Part shown: piece after piece, positions 35,412 to 39,404 of the stretch
Layout of the letters: every line of letters starts with the position of its first letter
How positions within the stretch are numbered: the stretch's first letter is position 1
Assembly (NCBI GenBank): GCA_021161765.1
Contig: JAGGZZ010000081.1
Span: 1-39,404, forward strand
Length of the DNA stretch: 39,404 nucleotides
DNA from: Candidatus Methanophagales archaeon
Lineage (GTDB): Archaea > Halobacteriota > Syntropharchaeia > Alkanophagales > Methanospirareceae
Direction: 5' to 3'
Translations under genes and position numbers: made by a program
The notes under the pieces: generated by a model
Databases searched by the model: none
What the model saw: only the letters and a program-made list of their open reading frames with translations
What the model was told of the DNA's origin: nothing

Positions 35412-36950
35412 ATGAAAAAAAACGGAGGCGGTTTGCTGGGCGACATAAGGGTAATGGCAGTGATATTGTGCGTTTTTGCCGCTTTGATTGTCATCTATGT
35501 TTATCCGCCACCGCCTGCGGACGCAGGGATAAACGGGAACCTGAGATATGGCCTGGATTTGGTAGGCGGGAGTTCGTTGCAGTTGAAGTTAGAGGGGACG
35601 CTTGTTAAGATAAATACAACGTCTGTTAATGAGAGTGAAGTAGTTGAGTTTCTTGAAGAGGAGTTAGATACGGAGGTAACGCCTTACAAAGATGATGGCG
35701 GAGTGGTGTATGAGATAAGGAAGAGCGTTACAAAAGAGCAGATGTTGGAAGTGTTAAAAGGGATTAACGGTAGTATAGCGAAGAAACCAACCGGTGAGGA
35801 CTTCTTTGAGGATTCTATAACTCGGGCGACACGGGATGAAACACGTCGGATAATAGAGACAAAAATAAACATGCTGGGATTAGCGAGCACTACGATAAGA
35901 ACGGTTGGCGATAACCTCATGATTATAGACTTGGCAGGCATAGATATTCGAACGGCGAGGGACATGGTGGGCAAACCGGGGAAGTTTGAGATACGGATAC
36001 AGACGAATGGAACGGAAGGGGACATAGTGAAAGGGCAAAACTTGACGGATATTGAGAATATCACGGCTCATGTCATGTATGGCAGCGCGGGGATAGAAAG
36101 TGTAGGGACAACGCCAACGAGCGAGATGGGGAAAGGGCCTGAAGGGGAGTATGAGGAATGGGGGGCACCTTTTGCGTTAAATGAGGAAGGGGCAACCGCA
36201 TTACGAGATTCTGCGATTGCGTTCGGTGCCGTAGATAATCCAGGGGACCACGAACTGGCAATGCTGCTTGACGACGAAGTGGTGTACAGTGCACCGATAG
36301 CGGAGGAGGCTTGCGAGAAACTGAAAGAAGGGGTTATTTACCGGTGGACTGCGAACACGGGGTCAGAAGAGGAAGGGAGAAAGAAGGCAAGAGAATTAAT
36401 AATACACCTGAAAGCAGGTGCGTTACCGGTAAACGTGGATATAGTAGGTTCAGGAGAAGTGCCCGCATATTTAGGAGCGAAATTCAAGAAGGGCGCGTTA
36501 ATAGCGGGCTTGCTTGCTCTTATTTCCGTTACGGGGGTCGTTTTCCTGCGATACCGGGAGCCTAAGATAGTATTGCCGATGTTTTTCGCACTTTTCAGTG
36601 AAGTGATACTGATATTAGGGTTCGCAGCGGTGATACACTGGCAGTTGGATTTACCAAGCATTGCGGGGATAATAGCGGTAATCGGCACGGGAGTGGACCA
36701 GTTGGTAATAATAACGGACGAAGTGCTTTCCGGGGGTCGTTCTTCCGCGAAAATGTATCGTAAGCGAATAGACTTTGCATTTGGTATAATATTCGTTTCT
36801 GCGACGACCACTATCGTGGCGATGCTTGCACTCGCGTTGATGGCGCTTGGCACGCTGCGGGGTTTTGCGATTGTAACCATCGTCGGGCTGCTGTTCGGGA
36901 TTTTTATTACGCGACCCGCTTATGCGCGGGTGATAGAAACGATAGTATAG
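35412..36950 (+). CDS. secD: Protein translocase subunit SecD
   Basis: LRYGLDLVGGS, GKPGKFEI, LKAGALPV, LDLPSIAGIIAVIGTGVDQLVIITDE, LRGFA. Confidence 0.95.
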   Translation: MKKNGGGLLGDIRVMAVILCVFAALIVIYVYPPPPADAGINGNLRYGLDLVGGSSLQLKLEGTLVKINTTSVNESEVVEFLEEELDTEVTPYKDDGGVVYEIRKSVTKEQMLEVLKGINGSIAKKPTGEDFFEDSITRATRDETRRIIETKINMLGLASTTIRTVGDNLMIIDLAGIDIRTARDMVGKPGKFEIRIQTNGTEGDIVKGQNLTDIENITAHVMYGSAGIESVGTTPTSEMGKGPEGEYEEWGAPFALNEEGATALRDSAIAFGAVDNPGDHELAMLLDDEVVYSAPIAEEACEKLKEGVIYRWTANTGSEEEGRKKARELIIHLKAGALPVNVDIVGSGEVPAYLGAKFKKGALIAGLLALISVTGVVFLRYREPKIVLPMFFALFSEVILILGFAAVIHWQLDLPSIAGIIAVIGTGVDQLVIITDEVLSGGRSSAKMYRKRIDFAFGIIFVSATTTIVAMLALALMALGTLRGFAIVTIVGLLFGIFITRPAYARVIETIV

Positions 36951-36954
36951 AGCA

Positions 36955-36998
36955 AGAAAATAAATTGTTGACACAGATTAACGCAGATTAACACAGAT
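36955..36998 (+). repeat. Half copy (left arm) of the 10-bp-unit element, followed by a family B repeat at 37013-37049
   Basis: AGAAAATAAATTGTTGACACAGATTAACGCAGATTAACACAGAT directly after the secD stop. Confidence 0.85.
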
Positions 36999-37049
36999 AG
37001 ACGGCAAAAATATTTCTTTAGCAAAAGTTTCTTTTTAAAAGAAAAGTTT

Positions 37050-39182
37050 ATGTGCGAAATAATCGGCGTTTTTAACAACGAAAAGTCAACCGAACTCGTA
37101 ATCAAAGGTTTAGACGTGCTGAAGAAGGGCAGAGAGACAGACTTCAGAATTAGCACGGAAAAAGGCGATTGGCATTCAAAAGACCTGCAAGAATTAAAGC
37201 AGGTTGTGAAGGGAGAGAGAAGCAGGAATTGTATTGCGTGTTGTTCCTGTAACGCTTCTCTTTTAAGAAAAGGTTCAAAAGACAAGCTCGTTGCAGATGC
37301 GGAAATTTACAACAGGGGTGAATTAGACGAAAAAGCTTTTCTTTCCGATAAAAGGGTTGATGCTGCGTATGCATTTGCACATTGGATACGTGAAGGCAAT
37401 AGCGATGAGTTGTGCATAGCACGGGACATAATAGGGTTAAAACCTGTTTGCTTTGCACATGCCGATGGATTTGCGTTTGCTTCGGAGAAAAAAGGGTTGG
37501 AAGCGATGGGATTTCCGCATGCATGGGTGCTTGACCCGCGAGTGCTGCTAAGATATGACGTACGGGAAGACAGGTTGCGTTTCGTGAAACGAGATTTTTT
37601 TGACCCTGAACCCGAGCTAAAGGAGGACAAGGAGAAGCAAAAAGGGGATTTGCTGCACTTGCTGCGAGCGAGTATTTCGAGAAGGATACCCTCACAGTCG
37701 GGAGATAAATTTGGCGTGCTCTTCTCAGGCGGGTTGGATTCTACACTCATCGCGTATTTATGCAAGGATTTGGGTGCTGATTTTGTCTGTTATACCGTGG
37801 CGGTAGAGGAGCCAGGAATGAAGGAAGCGGAGGATTTACGATTTGCGGAGCGTTTTGCAGCGGATTTGGGTGTTGAGTGGAAACAAAAGAAGATGCGGGT
37901 TAAGGAACTCGAGAAATATGTCAAAGAAGTCGTTCCCGTGATTGAGGATACGGACGTTATGATGACGAGTGTAGCGTTGCCTTTATACGTAGCATGCGAG
38001 TTTGCGAAAGAAGATTGCGGCATAAAAACGGTTCTTTACGGACTGGGCGCGGAGGAGCTATTTGCAGGCTACGAAAGACACAGACGAGTAAAGAAGGAAG
38101 AGTTAAATAAGGAATGTTTAGCGGGTCTGTTGAGGACACACGAGCGTGACCTTTACCGGGACGAACTGGTAGCAAAAGCACAGGGGATTTCGTTACGAGC
38201 ACCGTTTCTGGCTCCGGATATTGTGGATTACGCACTGCGAATACCCGCATCGTATAAATTGTCGCTCGATAAGACGGAGAACAAGCTGATTTTAAGGGAC
38301 ATAGCACGAGACCTGGGACTGGCGGAAGTCGCGAGCAGAAAAAAAAGAGCGGTGCAGTACGGCTCGAATTTTCTCAAGGCGATAGAAAAGCTGGCAAAGA
38401 AAAACGGGTTCAGGTATAAGAGGGATTATCTAAGAACTTTTTACGCTTCTCGAAGCGTAAAGTTAGGCTGCCTCTTCAGTTCCGGGAAGGACAGTGCTTA
38501 TGCACTCTGGCTCATGCTAAAGGAAGGCTACCCCGTAGAATGTTTAATCACGCTGAAAAGCCATAATCCTGAATCGTATATGTTCCATACACCTGCGGTA
38601 GAGCTGGTAGAGCTGCAAGCCGAAGCAATTGGCTTGCCTCTGATTATGGAAGAAACGCAAGGGGAGAAGGAAAAGGAACTGGAGGATTTAAGAGCGGCAT
38701 TGAGGGAATCGAAGATGAAATACGGAATAGAAGGGGTCATAACAGGTGCTTTACGGAGTAATTACCAGAAGGAACGAATAGAACGGGTTGCCGCGGAAGA
38801 AACCCTCAAGGCGTTCTCGCCGTTATGGCACGTAAATCAGGAAACGGAGATGCGGCTTGTGGTAAATACGTTCGAGCTGATTTTTACGGGCATCAGTGCG
38901 TACGGGTTAGACAAGAGCTGGCTTGGTAGGAGGATAACAGAAGAAGACGTTGACCGATTGGTTGCGTTGGATAAGAAAATAGCGAAGCATTTTGATCAAA
39001 CTTTCCCAAAGTTTGTTGGAATGAACATTGCAGGAGAAGGAGGCGAATTTGAATCGCTGGTGCTGGATGGACCCGCACAAATGTTCAAGAAAAGGGTTGT
39101 CATAGAGGAAAGCGAAATAGTGGAGGAGGACGCGAATACGGCGAGATTGGTGGTGAAAGAGGCGAGGCTGGTGGGGAAATAG
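37050..39182 (+). CDS. Asparagine-synthetase-like domain fused to diphthine--ammonia ligase (Dph6/DUF71)
   Basis: N-terminal MCEIIG (Ntn Cys), EIYN, ARDIIGLKP, FASEKK, LFSGGLDS, GAEELFAGY, RKKRAVQYGS; then LFSSGKDS, SYMFH, GAL.SNYQK.RIE, PLWH, AGEGGEFESLVLDGP. Confidence 0.92.
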   Translation: MCEIIGVFNNEKSTELVIKGLDVLKKGRETDFRISTEKGDWHSKDLQELKQVVKGERSRNCIACCSCNASLLRKGSKDKLVADAEIYNRGELDEKAFLSDKRVDAAYAFAHWIREGNSDELCIARDIIGLKPVCFAHADGFAFASEKKGLEAMGFPHAWVLDPRVLLRYDVREDRLRFVKRDFFDPEPELKEDKEKQKGDLLHLLRASISRRIPSQSGDKFGVLFSGGLDSTLIAYLCKDLGADFVCYTVAVEEPGMKEAEDLRFAERFAADLGVEWKQKKMRVKELEKYVKEVVPVIEDTDVMMTSVALPLYVACEFAKEDCGIKTVLYGLGAEELFAGYERHRRVKKEELNKECLAGLLRTHERDLYRDELVAKAQGISLRAPFLAPDIVDYALRIPASYKLSLDKTENKLILRDIARDLGLAEVASRKKRAVQYGSNFLKAIEKLAKKNGFRYKRDYLRTFYASRSVKLGCLFSSGKDSAYALWLMLKEGYPVECLITLKSHNPESYMFHTPAVELVELQAEAIGLPLIMEETQGEKEKELEDLRAALRESKMKYGIEGVITGALRSNYQKERIERVAAEETLKAFSPLWHVNQETEMRLVVNTFELIFTGISAYGLDKSWLGRRITEEDVDRLVALDKKIAKHFDQTFPKFVGMNIAGEGGEFESLVLDGPAQMFKKRVVIEESEIVEEDANTARLVVKEARLVGK

Positions 39183-39210
39183 GAAATATGGAGTTAAAAA
39201 AACCACGAGA

Positions 39211-39404
39211 TTACAGCAATCCCTTCTCTATCAACGTCCTCATCGTTCGGTCACAGGCAGTTGTAGCACGTGAAACAGCTCTTCCAAGGTTTGCATACGC
39301 CGCATCATAATCTCCTTCCTCTATCTTCCTTTTTACCTCCATTACTTTTTCTTCTACCTGCATGAATTCTTGCATTCCTGTTGCGTTCAGTGCCATTCCC
39401 GTCT
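39211..39404 (-). CDS. Hypothetical helical protein, probably 5'-partial
   Basis: Open frame to the window edge ending ...YDAAYANLGRAVSRATTACDRTMRTLIEKGLL*. Confidence 0.6.
   Translation of the reverse strand, partial: TGMALNATGMQEFMQVEEKVMEVKRKIEEGDYDAAYANLGRAVSRATTACDRTMRTLIEKGLL

Noticed and set aside
39201..39212. Additional element copy (AACCACGAGATT)
   Set aside because: It matches the 34024 arm start but is only 12 nt, too short to call.

Overview
Archaeal chromosome segment, most consistent with a methanogen/ANME-type euryarchaeote. An ANME-1/Methanophagales-like host is inferred from the CdhC/CdhD genes, the FtsZ2+CetZ pair, the RNase P RNA form and the surface-protein C-terminal domain. 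Housekeeping genes: a leuB-like dehydrogenase with an in-frame TGA, argF, cdhC, cdhD, aroA, rps27ae, rps24e, spt4, rpoE1, ppsA, pssA, dapB, rnz, RNase P RNA, ftsZ2, cetZ, trm1, secD and an AsnB-Dph6 fusion. Accessory or decayed material: an internally deleted HepT remnant, a decayed zinc-ribbon gene island with an IS remnant, a PIN toxin-antitoxin pair, two tandem HEPN-like paralogs and a large beta-helix surface protein. The most notable signals are (1) a divergent FtsZ2 / coiled-coil-wHTH / PRC-barrel fusion / CetZ / membrane-anchor cluster; (2) about nine copies of an intergenic palindromic element built from 10-bp units, mostly co-oriented with transcription and supplying the stop codons of three genes; (3) a candidate unannotated ~72-nt structured RNA with its own BRE-TATA and T-tract; (4) an RNase P RNA that keeps P8 but lacks P16/P17 and overlaps rnz tail-to-tail; (5) the AsnB-Dph6 fusion. 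All protein calls come from motif recognition by eye; no database searches were run.
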